DNA of 64,000 nt from a virus. How positions within the stretch are numbered: the stretch's first letter is position 1; each line of letters starts with the position of its first letter. Below, one piece after another: positions 52,383 through 62,122 of the stretch. Both the position numbers and the translations under genes were made by a program. The DNA is taken from the IMG/VR virus record IMGVR_UViG_3300028920_000049; one strand, 5' to 3'. The notes under the pieces were generated by a model. That model did no database searches and was not told the DNA's origin. It worked only from the letters and a program-made list of their open reading frames with translations.

Positions 52383-53134
52383 AGTCTAGCTACCTCAACT
52401 CTCATTGGAAATGCATGCTTCTGATCTGGTTGCGTCTCGTAGTAGTCGTAGTGACTCCACTGCAGGATCTTATACCGAGCGACTCTTTCGATGTCTCTCT
52501 GGAGCATTGGTCGGTATTTTCTTCGAATCCTGCTATTGCCGCCACCTTTCTCTCTATTACTTGTATGCCACACAGCCAGAACTAGTTTCTTACTTCCACA
52601 ATTAGCTATACCCCTAACTAAATTGTAGATTATTTTCGTGTTCAGCTGCTTCATTGAGTCAAAGTCAATTATCTGGTACTTGACTGGAGTTTGCTTCATA
52701 AAATCCAGCATGTCCATATAATGAGCTGCGAAGTGACCGTTCCACGAACCCCGATACGCTTCTTGTACCAAGGGGATGTATTCTTGCACCGAATGGTAGT
52801 CTTGTCTACCGAGCTGGCACGTATCGAACCTCTTTGTGATGAATGGACACAGAACCGTATAGATCTCGGGAATGTGGGCAGCAGCTAGCCCCAGATAGTT
52901 TCCGGAAATCATGTTCTTTGCACATGCACCTGCAATATCAGAGTAAATGACGTCTTTACAGACGCGTACAGTCTTGTACCCGAATACTGTCGGTCTGTGA
53001 ACCAACAGCTCCTTTCTCAGAGGAGTGCCATAAAGGCTACTCTTCTGGCTCCAGGGCCTTAGGATAGAGTCCACCCCAGGTGGGATCCTTAAGGGCTGCT
53101 CGTTCTTCTTCAGCCATACGGGTCCTGAAAGCAT
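52355..53134 (-). CDS. hypothetical protein
   Basis: 259 aa overlapping both neighbours. Confidence 0.6.
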   Translation of the reverse strand: MLSGPVWLKKNEQPLRIPPGVDSILRPWSQKSSLYGTPLRKELLVHRPTVFGYKTVRVCKDVIYSDIAGACAKNMISGNYLGLAAAHIPEIYTVLCPFITKRFDTCQLGRQDYHSVQEYIPLVQEAYRGSWNGHFAAHYMDMLDFMKQTPVKYQIIDFDSMKQLNTKIIYNLVRGIANCGSKKLVLAVWHTSNREKGGGNSRIRRKYRPMLQRDIERVARYKILQWSHYDYYETQPDQKHAFPMRVEVARLWKKESKTA

Positions 53135-53276
53135 GTAATCTATCTCTCTTTTTCAGGAGGGCTGAGAGCTCAGCCTCACACCGAGCTCTCAGATCCCTAT
53201 GCATAAACATCTCGTACTCGAGCTTGTGAATCAAACGCCGGATACGATTATTGAGCCACTCCCCTATGTGAGTCAA
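53037..53276 (-). CDS. hypothetical protein
   Basis: 79 aa with a GAGG RBS. Confidence 0.5.
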   Translation of the reverse strand: MTHIGEWLNNRIRRLIHKLEYEMFMHRDLRARCEAELSALLKKRDRLHAFRTRMAEEERAALKDPTWGGLYPKALEPEE

Positions 53277-53292
53277 TACAGTTTACCTCCTC

Positions 53293-53625
53293 TTAGCCAA
53301 ACGGAATGTTTTGCTTTTGATCGGAAGGACCGTCAGCCTCGCCCTGAGGTGCTGGACCGTTGCCAACCTCTTCATTGTAGGCATTAATTACAGTCTGGGT
53401 CAACTCCTGCCGAGCTTCCTTGCTCACGCAGGCAACATCGTCGAACCAAGTCTGCTTTCCGTCCTTCTCTCCGTAGTGACCGGGGAGTGCCACCCAAAGA
53501 CCCTTTTCGCCTTGTCTGACAGATGCCGAGATTGAGAACTTCTCATCAATCACGATTCTGCAGTTGGCTTTGATCTTCGGATGATCCTTTTTCAGAGGCC
53601 AGACCTTTACGGAACTGATAGGCAT
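53293..53625 (-). CDS. spoVG: SpoVG-like nucleic-acid-binding protein
   Basis: KANCRIVID, VRQGEKGLWVALP and ARQELTQTVINAY. Confidence 0.75.
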   Translation of the reverse strand: MPISSVKVWPLKKDHPKIKANCRIVIDEKFSISASVRQGEKGLWVALPGHYGEKDGKQTWFDDVACVSKEARQELTQTVINAYNEEVGNGPAPQGEADGPSDQKQNIPFG

Positions 53626-53649
53626 TGTTTTCTCCTTAGCTTGTTACCT

Positions 53650-54153
53650 CTATGGTTTATACCCCACCAATAAGCGCCGTCTGATGATGGCGTTAGCGAT
53701 GAAATTGTAGTTGGCATCAGTGTGACCAGTAACTGTCTCAACAGTCACATCTGGTTTGATAGGGGTTTCGTCCAGATGCTCAATCACCCATTCAACCGTT
53801 GCAATCTCATCCCTAAGTCTATACTTAAATGGTGGAATTCTCTTTCTTCTTCGCTCGCGAACTCTTATCTGGAGCTCCTCTGGGTCTCCTGTCATCAGGA
53901 CAGTAAAAACATTTCTGTTCTTGTGCCTAAGGAAGATACCTTCCAACTGATGATTGAGACCACAAGTCTCCAGTATAACGTCAGTGCTTAACTGCAAGTC
54001 CCCCTCTAGCTTCTCCCAAGCTTCTGGCTCATTCGAGCTTTCAGCTCTATAGCCAGCTATGTCGCATAGCTTGAAGTAGGGATGTTCTAGGACGAACCTT
54101 GCTGCGAACGTGGATTTGCCAGAGCCTGGAGGCCCTATTAAGTTGACGATCAC
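53650..54153 (-). CDS. P-loop nucleotide/polynucleotide kinase
   Basis: IVNLIGPPGSGKSTFA, VILET and LQIRVRER lid. Confidence 0.75.
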   Translation of the reverse strand: MIVNLIGPPGSGKSTFAARFVLEHPYFKLCDIAGYRAESSNEPEAWEKLEGDLQLSTDVILETCGLNHQLEGIFLRHKNRNVFTVLMTGDPEELQIRVRERRRKRIPPFKYRLRDEIATVEWVIEHLDETPIKPDVTVETVTGHTDANYNFIANAIIRRRLLVGYKP

Positions 54154-54524
54154 TAGTGTTTTGCTTCTCGCTGTTCTTTCGTCATTGTAGACAGATGATA
54201 CTGTTGTATCTGCGCGAAAGCCTTAGCTCGTGCACGAATACTGTCGAAGCGTTCAGCTGGAACGCTTACCTCAGGGTAAACGCTCTTTGCCCACTCCAGA
54301 AACTCTTCTGACGTGCACTCTACCAGGTCCTTAGAGATGAAGCCCTCACCCTTACGAATGGTGAGCATAAGCCCAGAGAGCTTCTTCTCTTTTTTGGCCT
54401 TCTTCTTTTTCTTCTTCGAGTTCTCAGACAGGACGTCCTTCGGTCGAGACTTAGACTTCTTTTCTCCCTCAAGGTCGCTGAAGTCCAGGTCAAGCGGCTT
54501 GTTCTTGGGAGTTTTCTCTTCCAT
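54153..54524 (-). CDS. hypothetical protein
   Basis: Likely start MEEKTP at 54524 after AGGAGG. Confidence 0.6.
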   Translation of the reverse strand: MEEKTPKNKPLDLDFSDLEGEKKSKSRPKDVLSENSKKKKKKAKKEKKLSGLMLTIRKGEGFISKDLVECTSEEFLEWAKSVYPEVSVPAERFDSIRARAKAFAQIQQYHLSTMTKEQREAKH

Positions 54525-55950
54525 TGATTTCCTCCTGTTTGAGTTCGTTATCCAACTCCTTCTTGAGCAGATGGTAGTACGCCCAGATGGGAGACCAGTT
54601 GATCTTCCCACCAGCCTTGGTTCTCTGAGCGTCGATCATCTTACCACGGTAAGAGTTGAAGATTCTAGCGCTTTTCCGGTCCTTAGACATCTCAAGGGCT
54701 TTTTCCATCCCCTCCATGATCCGAGAGGAACGCTCGTCCACAGCGAATGCGCGTCTGGTAATCAGACCCTGATCATAGGCCTGCTCCAGACTATAGAATG
54801 GACGCTCTACCCAGATCTTGCGTGCGAGAGTATCGCCAAAGATGTTCTTCAGCTTCCCCATGTCGCACTTGTTGATGTCGATGCCTCTGACAAAGACCTT
54901 CGGGCAATGCTTGTCACGGATCTTCCGGTACAGAGCCCAGTGATGAGATCTCATCTTGTCTCGGTGCTCTTTCCAGAGGATCTGACCAAACGCACGGACC
55001 TTGTTGTGCAGTGTCTGGCCCTGGCTAGCCTCGTGATCCCAGAGCTTCTCGTTTCTCTTCAGCATCATGTAAAGAGAGTCTTTCTCGAGTCTCTTCTTAG
55101 CCTTTCCGTGCCACTGCTCAGCCCATACACGGTCGATGGTTTCGAGTACTGCCTCGGTCATGAGAATCGGACTCTTATCAGTCTCAGCTATGGCAAAGCA
55201 CAGCTTGCTGAGAAGGGTCGATACATAGCGTCTCATGGGCGCATTATTGGCCCAGTTTGAGAACCACTCAGCATAGTCAGGAGTGATCTCATCCCACTCT
55301 TTGTTGAGCATGTTCAGGGCGGCGCTGATCATGCCAGCATTCGGATGTCCTTCCGGGAACTCATCGTAGAACATCTGGCTGCTGTTGCCCATGTACAGCA
55401 TCATGTCTCGAGGAGTCTTTGGCATGTCGATGTGCTTCTCCATGCCGGGGAACTTTTCGAGCTGGCTGTAGGGCAGAGTGTCTGCATGGTCATATGCATC
55501 TTCAGACTGCATGCGACGCTCTTGCTCAACCTCAACAGCCTCACGATAGGCGTCCATCTCGCTCTGGCTCGGTGGCCTGGTCTCGATGACCTCACCGGCT
55601 TCATTCCACTTGGTGGGAATGGCAACATACCGTTTGAGCCAATCTCCCAGGTCTTCCCCACGGAGATTCATGGGGTCTTTATCGAACATGGTTGTCGAGG
55701 GTTCGGTACGGAAGATCTTCCCGTTCCTTGTGTGGATCAGGCCATCCCAAAGCTGTCTGTCGCCGTCAGAAAGACCGCTGACATGCTTCATGGTGGCGTC
55801 ACCAATGGAGCCAAAGTAATTGTCGCCTTCTACTCCACCCTCCTGCTGGGGGACAACCAGAGCTCGAGCGTTAACGTTCATGACACTGTCATAGATTCGT
55901 TCTTGCACCGCACATCTCCTTGTTGTTTTTGATAGGGGACAGGCTCTCAC
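54490..55950 (-). CDS. hypothetical protein (about 470-486 aa)
   Basis: Long ORF with biased codon use; true start probably the GTG near 55908 after AGGAG. Confidence 0.7.
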   Translation of the reverse strand: MRACPLSKTTRRCAVQERIYDSVMNVNARALVVPQQEGGVEGDNYFGSIGDATMKHVSGLSDGDRQLWDGLIHTRNGKIFRTEPSTTMFDKDPMNLRGEDLGDWLKRYVAIPTKWNEAGEVIETRPPSQSEMDAYREAVEVEQERRMQSEDAYDHADTLPYSQLEKFPGMEKHIDMPKTPRDMMLYMGNSSQMFYDEFPEGHPNAGMISAALNMLNKEWDEITPDYAEWFSNWANNAPMRRYVSTLLSKLCFAIAETDKSPILMTEAVLETIDRVWAEQWHGKAKKRLEKDSLYMMLKRNEKLWDHEASQGQTLHNKVRAFGQILWKEHRDKMRSHHWALYRKIRDKHCPKVFVRGIDINKCDMGKLKNIFGDTLARKIWVERPFYSLEQAYDQGLITRRAFAVDERSSRIMEGMEKALEMSKDRKSARIFNSYRGKMIDAQRTKAGGKINWSPIWAYYHLLKKELDNELKQEEINGRENSQEQAA

Positions 55951-55983
55951 CCGCCCCTATCGTTGGAGCATCGAGTTTGCTGA

Positions 55984-56412
55984 TTACGCCTCAGCAGGGG
56001 CGTCCTGCGGGCTGTCGCTCGCAGTATCCTCGATCGGAACGTCCGGAGCCTGATCAGCCTCAGTCTCGGGCTGAGCAGCCGGGGCGTTCTTCCTGCGGAC
56101 CAGGTTGACCTTGCAGTTGTCGAGCTTCATCCGACCTCTGGTCATCTGATTGTCGTTGTTCTTGTCCTCGTAGTTGTCGTCCACGAGCTGACCTTCGACG
56201 ATGACGTGGTCACCCTTGTCGAGCGTGCCGACGAACTCGGCAATCTTGCTCCACGCGGTGCACTTGGGGAAGGTGGTCTTCTCGACACCCGCACGTCTGC
56301 GCAGGTTGTTCGCGATGGTGAACTCTACCACCGGAACACCAGAGGGAGTCTCCCTCAGAATCGGCTTTCTGGTGAGTCGACCGGACATCAGGGTGTAATT
56401 TGCATCACTCAT
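55984..56412 (-). CDS. ssb: single-stranded DNA-binding protein
   Basis: LMSGRLTRKPILRETPSG, CTAWSKIAE, KGDHVIVEGQL and an acidic tail. Confidence 0.88.
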   Translation of the reverse strand: MSDANYTLMSGRLTRKPILRETPSGVPVVEFTIANNLRRRAGVEKTTFPKCTAWSKIAEFVGTLDKGDHVIVEGQLVDDNYEDKNNDNQMTRGRMKLDNCKVNLVRRKNAPAAQPETEADQAPDVPIEDTASDSPQDAPAEA

Positions 56413-56723
56413 CTTTTCTCTCCTTGTTGTACCCGAAAACGTTTCCTGTGTCGGGCGTTACATTGAACAAACTCAAACACTTTGAGTTCGTAAAGTCCTT
56501 TATCCTTTTTAGTACGGTAGAGCATTCTGTACTCTTGGTTACACTTTTTGCATCTACCTATGTTTTGCAGCCTTGGAACAGCCTCACCCTGAAGTGAGCT
56601 GGGTATGTACATCAGGCTGGTGCTTAATCTGAACCCGCAATTAGCACACGTAAATGAGACTAAAACAGGCTCTATGCCTCTTGAGTCTCTGTCCTTAGAT
56701 GTCCTTTTAGCCCGTCGTGCCAT
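56409..56723 (-). CDS. zinc-ribbon protein
   Basis: CANC...CKKC. Confidence 0.55.
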   Translation of the reverse strand: MARRAKRTSKDRDSRGIEPVLVSFTCANCGFRLSTSLMYIPSSLQGEAVPRLQNIGRCKKCNQEYRMLYRTKKDKGLYELKVFEFVQCNARHRKRFRVQQGEKR

Positions 56724-56777
56724 CCTGCAATAAACTCCTCGATAATTTGGAATAGGGTCCCGATCTTATCGAGATTT

Positions 56778-57281
56778 TCAGCCATCCTTCTTCCCAGAAG
56801 GTACATCAGGTTGGCCACAATTCGTCGCAGCTTCTGGATTGCTGTTAGCTCCATTGCTCATCATTCCTGCCATCCCGTTGAGCTGAGTCAACAGGTTCTG
56901 AACCTGGCTGATTCTCTCAGTGATTCCATTCATGCCAATCTGGCCACCCTTGAATTCACCCATCAGCTGGTCTACTGCCGCATTTGGATTCTGCGGAACT
57001 GGCTGTGGTGCTGGCGGTGTTTGAGAGTCCATGAACCTATCCTCGATGGCCTTGGTAAAGCCTGAGGATGCCATACTCGAAGCCATTTGGTTCACGGTCT
57101 CTTCATCCAGTCCTAGCCGCTCACATGCCCTTCTGAGAGCCTTCAGCATAGCTGCAGGTAGCTCTACCTCTACTGTAATGGTCTCCATTGGGATTTTAGT
57201 CCCTAGGATCTTAGCTGAGATTACAGCCTTAGCTGCTCCCTCGAGCTCTTCTCTCCAGATCCTCGCTACGTCATCTGACAT
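56778..57281 (-). CDS. hypothetical protein
   Basis: 167 aa with an AAGGAG RBS. Confidence 0.6.
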   Translation of the reverse strand: MSDDVARIWREELEGAAKAVISAKILGTKIPMETITVEVELPAAMLKALRRACERLGLDEETVNQMASSMASSGFTKAIEDRFMDSQTPPAPQPVPQNPNAAVDQLMGEFKGGQIGMNGITERISQVQNLLTQLNGMAGMMSNGANSNPEAATNCGQPDVPSGKKDG

Positions 57282-58656
57282 GCTTTCTCCTTACGATCTC
57301 CAGGAGCTCTTCTTTTGTGTTTCTGTGAGGCTCGTTGATGACCAAAGCCCATGCATCCTGGAATATCTGCTTGTATATTGGTCCGGGTTTAATGCCCAGT
57401 GCCTTCAGATCGTTGCCATTGATAGCTAGGTCAGAATTGAAGATTGGATCTCCGGCATTGATGATATTCTGAGCTCTCTCAATCAATTCGCGCATGTGCT
57501 TGGTAATGGCAGACTTTCCAGCCTTAGCCATGTTTCCCTTCCTGTCACATGCACGTAGAGTAATGAGATCTTCCCAGCTTTCACCTACGTCCCGTAGCCA
57601 CTTTCTGATTGTTTTGTCCTTGCTATCGTTCTGGAAGCGCCACTGATGGTTTCTGACCAGCTTAGTGACGTACTCCCGCTCTTTGTTTGAGAATTTGAGG
57701 GACTTCATCCACTCATCAGCAATGATCATCCCATGGACTTCATGCTTATAGAAGTGGATTCTCCCATCTTTGCCAGTACTCTTTGTACCAGGCTTCCCCA
57801 CATCGTGAAGAAGAGCTGCCAACCTGAGGAGTACATTATCGGTGAACTGTACGGATGCATCGACTGAGTACATGAGGTGATCAAAGACTGTCTCTGCATG
57901 GTGCTCATTCTGTTCTACGCCAACAGCATCTGCAATAGGTCTGCAGATACGGCTAAGAAGTTTGTAACTGTGGAGACTTCTAAAGAAGTTGCTCGGCACA
58001 GGATACTGAAGAGCCTTAATGATTTCATCCCTGATCCTTTCCCTGGAGACTGAGTCTACGTGCTCAGCTAGCTTCCTAGCTGCACGCGTACTGAGACTTT
58101 CGGTATGCCAGGCTTTGCCGAGCGCTGTAAAGCGAGCCGCTCTGACCATCCGCAGGAAATCTTCGTTAATCCGCTCTTCCGGTTCGCCGACGAAGCGTAT
58201 CGTACAGTTGCGAAGGTCTTGCAACCCTCCTGATACATCGATGATTTCACCTAGCATACCCTCCGCGTCTATCTCAGCAGCCATCGCGTTGATAGTCAAG
58301 TCCCTACGCCAAAGATCTTCCTCAATGGAATCAGCGAACTGTACGTCCGCATGACGACCATCGCAGCTCACGTCTTTTCTGAGAGTAGCTAGATCGATGA
58401 TACCCTGAGGGCTAGCGATCCTAATTATACCATGTTTCCAGGCATTCTTGTCATCGATGACCTTGAGGCCACGCTCAGCCATGGCTCCAGACGATAGAGA
58501 TGGGGGCAGATCTGTTACTAGATCAATGTCCTTGGGTTTCTGTTGCAGCAGCAGGTCTCTGATACAGCCACCTACTGCCCAGATTCTTCCACCTTTTCTT
58601 TCGACTGCACGGATGACCAAGGCCTCCGTGTCAGTCAGAGTGAGCGGTACGCTCAT
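57271..58656 (-). CDS. cca: class II CCA-adding tRNA nucleotidyltransferase with an HD domain
   Basis: VGGCIRDLLL, KDIDL, DLWRRDLTINAMA, EDFLRMVRAARF, VSRERIRDE and LLHDVGKP. Confidence 0.92.
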   Translation of the reverse strand: MSVPLTLTDTEALVIRAVERKGGRIWAVGGCIRDLLLQQKPKDIDLVTDLPPSLSSGAMAERGLKVIDDKNAWKHGIIRIASPQGIIDLATLRKDVSCDGRHADVQFADSIEEDLWRRDLTINAMAAEIDAEGMLGEIIDVSGGLQDLRNCTIRFVGEPEERINEDFLRMVRAARFTALGKAWHTESLSTRAARKLAEHVDSVSRERIRDEIIKALQYPVPSNFFRSLHSYKLLSRICRPIADAVGVEQNEHHAETVFDHLMYSVDASVQFTDNVLLRLAALLHDVGKPGTKSTGKDGRIHFYKHEVHGMIIADEWMKSLKFSNKEREYVTKLVRNHQWRFQNDSKDKTIRKWLRDVGESWEDLITLRACDRKGNMAKAGKSAITKHMRELIERAQNIINAGDPIFNSDLAINGNDLKALGIKPGPIYKQIFQDAWALVINEPHRNTKEELLEIVRRKHVR

Positions 58657-58667
58657 CTTTCACCTCG

Positions 58668-59006
58668 TTAGAGCATCTTCTCGAGTGCTCTGTGCAGAGC
58701 CTTAGATCGGCCTGCCTTTGCGTTGAATTTGCTTTCGGTCTTGATGTGAGGTTTCCCTCTTTTGCTGATCTGTTTGAGCTGTTTGATGTCGTTGGGGTTG
58801 AACTTGGCCCAACCGATGAACTCGTTGTCTCCACTCTTTACCACAGCCACGGTCAGATTACCATCCTGGAGGTATCTAACATTGTTGATAAAAGGGATCA
58901 GGCCATTCTTATTACGCCTGATCATCATAGTCTCCAGCTCTTTGCGTGCAATCAGCGTCTCAAACGTGCTCACATAAACCGTCCCGGGTTCTGTTTCTTG
59001 ATCCAT
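58668..59006 (-). CDS. hypothetical protein
   Basis: 112 aa with an AAGGAG RBS. Confidence 0.6.
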   Translation of the reverse strand: MDQETEPGTVYVSTFETLIARKELETMMIRRNKNGLIPFINNVRYLQDGNLTVAVVKSGDNEFIGWAKFNPNDIKQLKQISKRGKPHIKTESKFNAKAGRSKALHRALEKML

Positions 59007-59021
59007 CTTTTTCTCCTTGGC

Positions 59022-60053
59022 TTACTCAGCCATGATTTGTTCTATTCTGCTTCGGTAGTTGTTGAAGAGGCCAGTCATCCGCCCTGCCGCCTGCTCCATC
59101 GGTGTTCTTTGGAACAGGGGTAAACTCTTAGCGAGTGCCATGATTCTCCTCGCTGCCTCGATTTTCGCGATCCTCTCGTCCTTTGACCATTCTTCTTCCA
59201 GAATGTCATAGAGTCTCTTAGGCATCGAATCAATGTCCTTCGCGTAGCTCAGAGCCTGAGCCATTGGCAAGCCCTCTTCCCAAGCTTCGGCTAGTTGGAC
59301 GACACCAACCTGAGCAATCTCTCTGGCCTGTCTGACTAACTCTTGTACTTTCTCTGGGTTGAAGTCACCTCTGTGAATGATGCGCAGGTTGACTCCTTGA
59401 GCTGCCAGCGATCGTCTGTCTGCAAAGTGGACAGCTGGGATATTGACGATGGGCTCGATCCAAACAGCGCCCTGGCCGACCTCGCTATTGGAGATGAGAA
59501 CACCTGCTACGTGTTCAACATTCTGGTACGTACGTCTGCAGTCGTCGAACTCGACGAACAGTCTGGTGATGTTGTCATCCCAAACAAATGAGGTAAAGCG
59601 AAGATGCTCTGTATGCTCCTTCTGTAGCTCTTCGATCACGACTGGGAAGACCTCATGGTCGTCCATGATGCCGTATCTATCACTCAGTACGGCACGAACT
59701 TTATGGTTTTCGTCCTGTACATGAGGCACGAATCGATAGAGAAGCTTTTTCTCGATCTTTCTTTTTCCAGTGACGTGCTTCGACGTGATGTGCTCAGCGA
59801 AGATTCTGTTCTTCAGGCCCATGCTGCTTCTATCATAGAAGTGCACAGGAATGCTGAATCTGTTGAGCAGCTGAGTAAATGCCCATCTACTGTAATGAGC
59901 AACGGCAGTTTTCCCGGCTTTCTTACCAGCTACAGTGTAGACCATCCTGTCATCGGCCACATGGCATCTGACGTCTTTAACCTTGATTACGTCGTCAAAG
60001 TTACTTTCTTTCTTAGACTCGATTTGATCGAGGATACTCTGAGCCTCTATCAT
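59022..60053 (-). CDS. DUF932-like phage protein
   Basis: VRAVLSDRYGIMDD and GVLISNSEVGQGAV. Confidence 0.65.
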   Translation of the reverse strand: MIEAQSILDQIESKKESNFDDVIKVKDVRCHVADDRMVYTVAGKKAGKTAVAHYSRWAFTQLLNRFSIPVHFYDRSSMGLKNRIFAEHITSKHVTGKRKIEKKLLYRFVPHVQDENHKVRAVLSDRYGIMDDHEVFPVVIEELQKEHTEHLRFTSFVWDDNITRLFVEFDDCRRTYQNVEHVAGVLISNSEVGQGAVWIEPIVNIPAVHFADRRSLAAQGVNLRIIHRGDFNPEKVQELVRQAREIAQVGVVQLAEAWEEGLPMAQALSYAKDIDSMPKRLYDILEEEWSKDERIAKIEAARRIMALAKSLPLFQRTPMEQAAGRMTGLFNNYRSRIEQIMAE

Positions 60054-60064
60054 CTATTTCTCCT

Positions 60065-60607
60065 TTAGGCAGCTTCCTGAGCTCTGGGGCAAACATGAAG
60101 CATAATCCAGCTATTCCCGCTGGAATTGAATTTCTGAATGATTGCGACATTGAAGTCCTCGGGATTCGTCCTTAGACAGTCCAGCAGTTCCCTCTGCTTA
60201 ATGTATCTAGGATCGTACCACTTATCTTCGAGGATCTTCTTGAGTGCCAGCGGAGAGATACGAATGTACCTCATATTGATGCTGTACTCTTTGCCAGCTG
60301 CGTTCAACAGCTTGAACTCTTTCCAGTTCTTTTGAGTGTTGTAAATGAGCCTGCGCCACTTATTGTAAGTCTTTTGGGCTAGCTCAATCAGGTTTCCCTC
60401 GTCATCTCTGCTTCTCAGCGGGATAGCTTGAGGAAGCAGGACATCGGTTTGTTGGGTGTACTGCTTCGAGGTCACACGCTCGAGCAGCTCTTCTTTTGAT
60501 CCCTCTGTGCTGAGCTCCAGCCCTTCACAGATGGCTCTGAGTTCGGTTTCGGTTTTGTCTTGGAGAACGAGATACTGCTGGATTTGTTCTGCTGTCTCGA
60601 TTGCCAT
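60065..60607 (-). CDS. hypothetical protein with a SAP-like N-terminus
   Basis: ELRAICEGLELSTEGSKEELLER resembles a SAP motif. Confidence 0.55.
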   Translation of the reverse strand: MAIETAEQIQQYLVLQDKTETELRAICEGLELSTEGSKEELLERVTSKQYTQQTDVLLPQAIPLRSRDDEGNLIELAQKTYNKWRRLIYNTQKNWKEFKLLNAAGKEYSINMRYIRISPLALKKILEDKWYDPRYIKQRELLDCLRTNPEDFNVAIIQKFNSSGNSWIMLHVCPRAQEAA

Positions 60608-60626
60608 TCCAATCTCCTCTGTCTCT

Positions 60627-60980
60627 CTAGTTGGAGTTCTTGGTTGTTACTTTTAGTCCTCCTAACTTGTAAGTCCTTTGTTCTTTCGCTAGGTGATCAA
60701 TCGCTCCTTGTTGATGTTGAACGGCATCTCTGAGCATTTGAGCCTTCTGGTCCAGCCCATAGACAGCGTTCTCTATTGCACTGCGCCACTCACTCTTCCT
60801 GTACTTGTCGTCTAGCTCTACCAGAGCTTTAGCTAAGATATTGATCTTCTGGGCCTGCACTTCCAATCTCTGTTCTAGATCCTCTAGCTCACACAGGAAA
60901 AAGCTCTGGCCAAACAGTAAAACTTTTATCCTGAGTAGGGTCCTCCGAAAGAACTTCCTAATAAAAACAAGTATCCCCAT
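60627..60980 (-). CDS. hypothetical coiled-coil protein
   Basis: 117 aa. Confidence 0.5.
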   Translation of the reverse strand: MGILVFIRKFFRRTLLRIKVLLFGQSFFLCELEDLEQRLEVQAQKINILAKALVELDDKYRKSEWRSAIENAVYGLDQKAQMLRDAVQHQQGAIDHLAKEQRTYKLGGLKVTTKNSN

Positions 60981-61073
60981 GCACTTAGCTTAGCACAGGG
61001 AGAAACATTAGGCCAAACAGTTCAGGCCAAACGGCTAAAATACCCCGTAGTAAGACCCCCCATAGCCTTCCTG

Positions 61074-61130
61074 GCCAGCTAAGCTGGCCTCTCAGAGAAG
61101 AGAGGCTTTAGCTTAGCTACCTGGCCAGCG
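61074..61130. repeat. long interrupted hairpin after the lipoprotein gene
   Basis: TGGCC/GGCCA, AGCTAAGCT/AGCTTAGCT and GCCTCTC/GAGAGGC. Confidence 0.55.
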
Positions 61131-61571
61131 ATTGTGAATCGGATTCTGGTAGCCTTCTGTGTTCCTCTCTTGGAGGCTACCTTCGACAACCCAGCAGACA
61201 GTGCACACATCAGCAGTGCAATCTGCTGTGACAAAATATTCCAGCTCGCCTGTAAAGTAATCGCCACCATCAGGATTCAGATGCATCTCAGTCCTGATTT
61301 GGTAGCGGCACTGCTCGTCCTCTTCCCACTCTGTCTTAGCAAAGAAGATAGTTCCTTTGCTTGCATAGCCAGAGATTGTAGAGCCGTTCCGGTGCTGAAT
61401 GCCGTACTTGTCCCCGATATGGTCAACGTACCAGACGGGGAAGTTCAGATCAGCTTGGTTGTACCCACAGGTGTCCTCAACCTGTATGGTAGTGACGTCG
61501 TAAATTCCTTCTTCCAGGAGAGGTCCTCCGCAAGCACAGAGGCAAACGAGTAAGCATGGAATGAGTCTCAT
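61113..61571 (-). CDS. putative lipoprotein
   Basis: Signal peptide with lipobox LCAC. Confidence 0.6.
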   Translation of the reverse strand: MRLIPCLLVCLCACGGPLLEEGIYDVTTIQVEDTCGYNQADLNFPVWYVDHIGDKYGIQHRNGSTISGYASKGTIFFAKTEWEEDEQCRYQIRTEMHLNPDGGDYFTGELEYFVTADCTADVCTVCWVVEGSLQERNTEGYQNPIHNRWPGS

Positions 61572-61795
61572 GTGGTCACACTAGCTAGGAAAAGGGTGGT
61601 CATAACCATGAATAAGATAAAGCTGGTTTGGCGTAAGCCAAACCAGTCTCCTTCATGGTGCGACTGAAAATAGAACGTCTGGGCCGCAGCAATTAGCATG
61701 CCGAGGCCCAGAAGCCCTTCAGTCGTAAGGAAGGAAGCTACCAGATCACTGGGCATCAGCTTCAACTGGCTGAGGCTTGATGCCCTTTTTCTCAC
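61568..61795 (-). CDS. small membrane protein
   Basis: Two hydrophobic segments. Confidence 0.5.
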   Translation of the reverse strand: MRKRASSLSQLKLMPSDLVASFLTTEGLLGLGMLIAAAQTFYFQSHHEGDWFGLRQTSFILFMVMTTLFLASVTT

Positions 61796-62120
61796 GGTAG
61801 CGGTTTCCGTACTCAGTGAGAGTCTCTTTCAGCACAGCCATCTGCTCAACAAGGAAGTCCTTCATGTCATAAAGATACAGGAAGTCTTCCTTGTGGTTTG
61901 CGATGTGCAGCAAGATGCTGACGAACACGCAGACCATCGCGCCTGCCATGAGAGCAGTAAGCGTGCCGCCCAGCAAAGCATAGACGGCAATGGCAGCCAG
62001 AAGATCAGTAATCAGGCTGAACTTCTCGAGATATCTCCGAATCTTGCGCGGTAGCTTCTGATAAATCAGAATAAAACCGCCAGTAGAGACAACTGCGAGG
62101 GCAAAAGCATTACCGATCAT
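61746..62120 (-). CDS. membrane protein
   Basis: Several hydrophobic segments; AGGAG RBS. Confidence 0.6.
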   Translation of the reverse strand: MIGNAFALAVVSTGGFILIYQKLPRKIRRYLEKFSLITDLLAAIAVYALLGGTLTALMAGAMVCVFVSILLHIANHKEDFLYLYDMKDFLVEQMAVLKETLTEYGNRYREKKGIKPQPVEADAQ

Positions 62121-62122
62121 GA

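Noticed and set aside
54313-55260. Long plus-strand ORFs (315 aa here, 275 aa at 39869, 208 aa at 62138 and similar)
   Set aside because: They are antisense shadows of codon-biased minus-strand genes, with no motifs.
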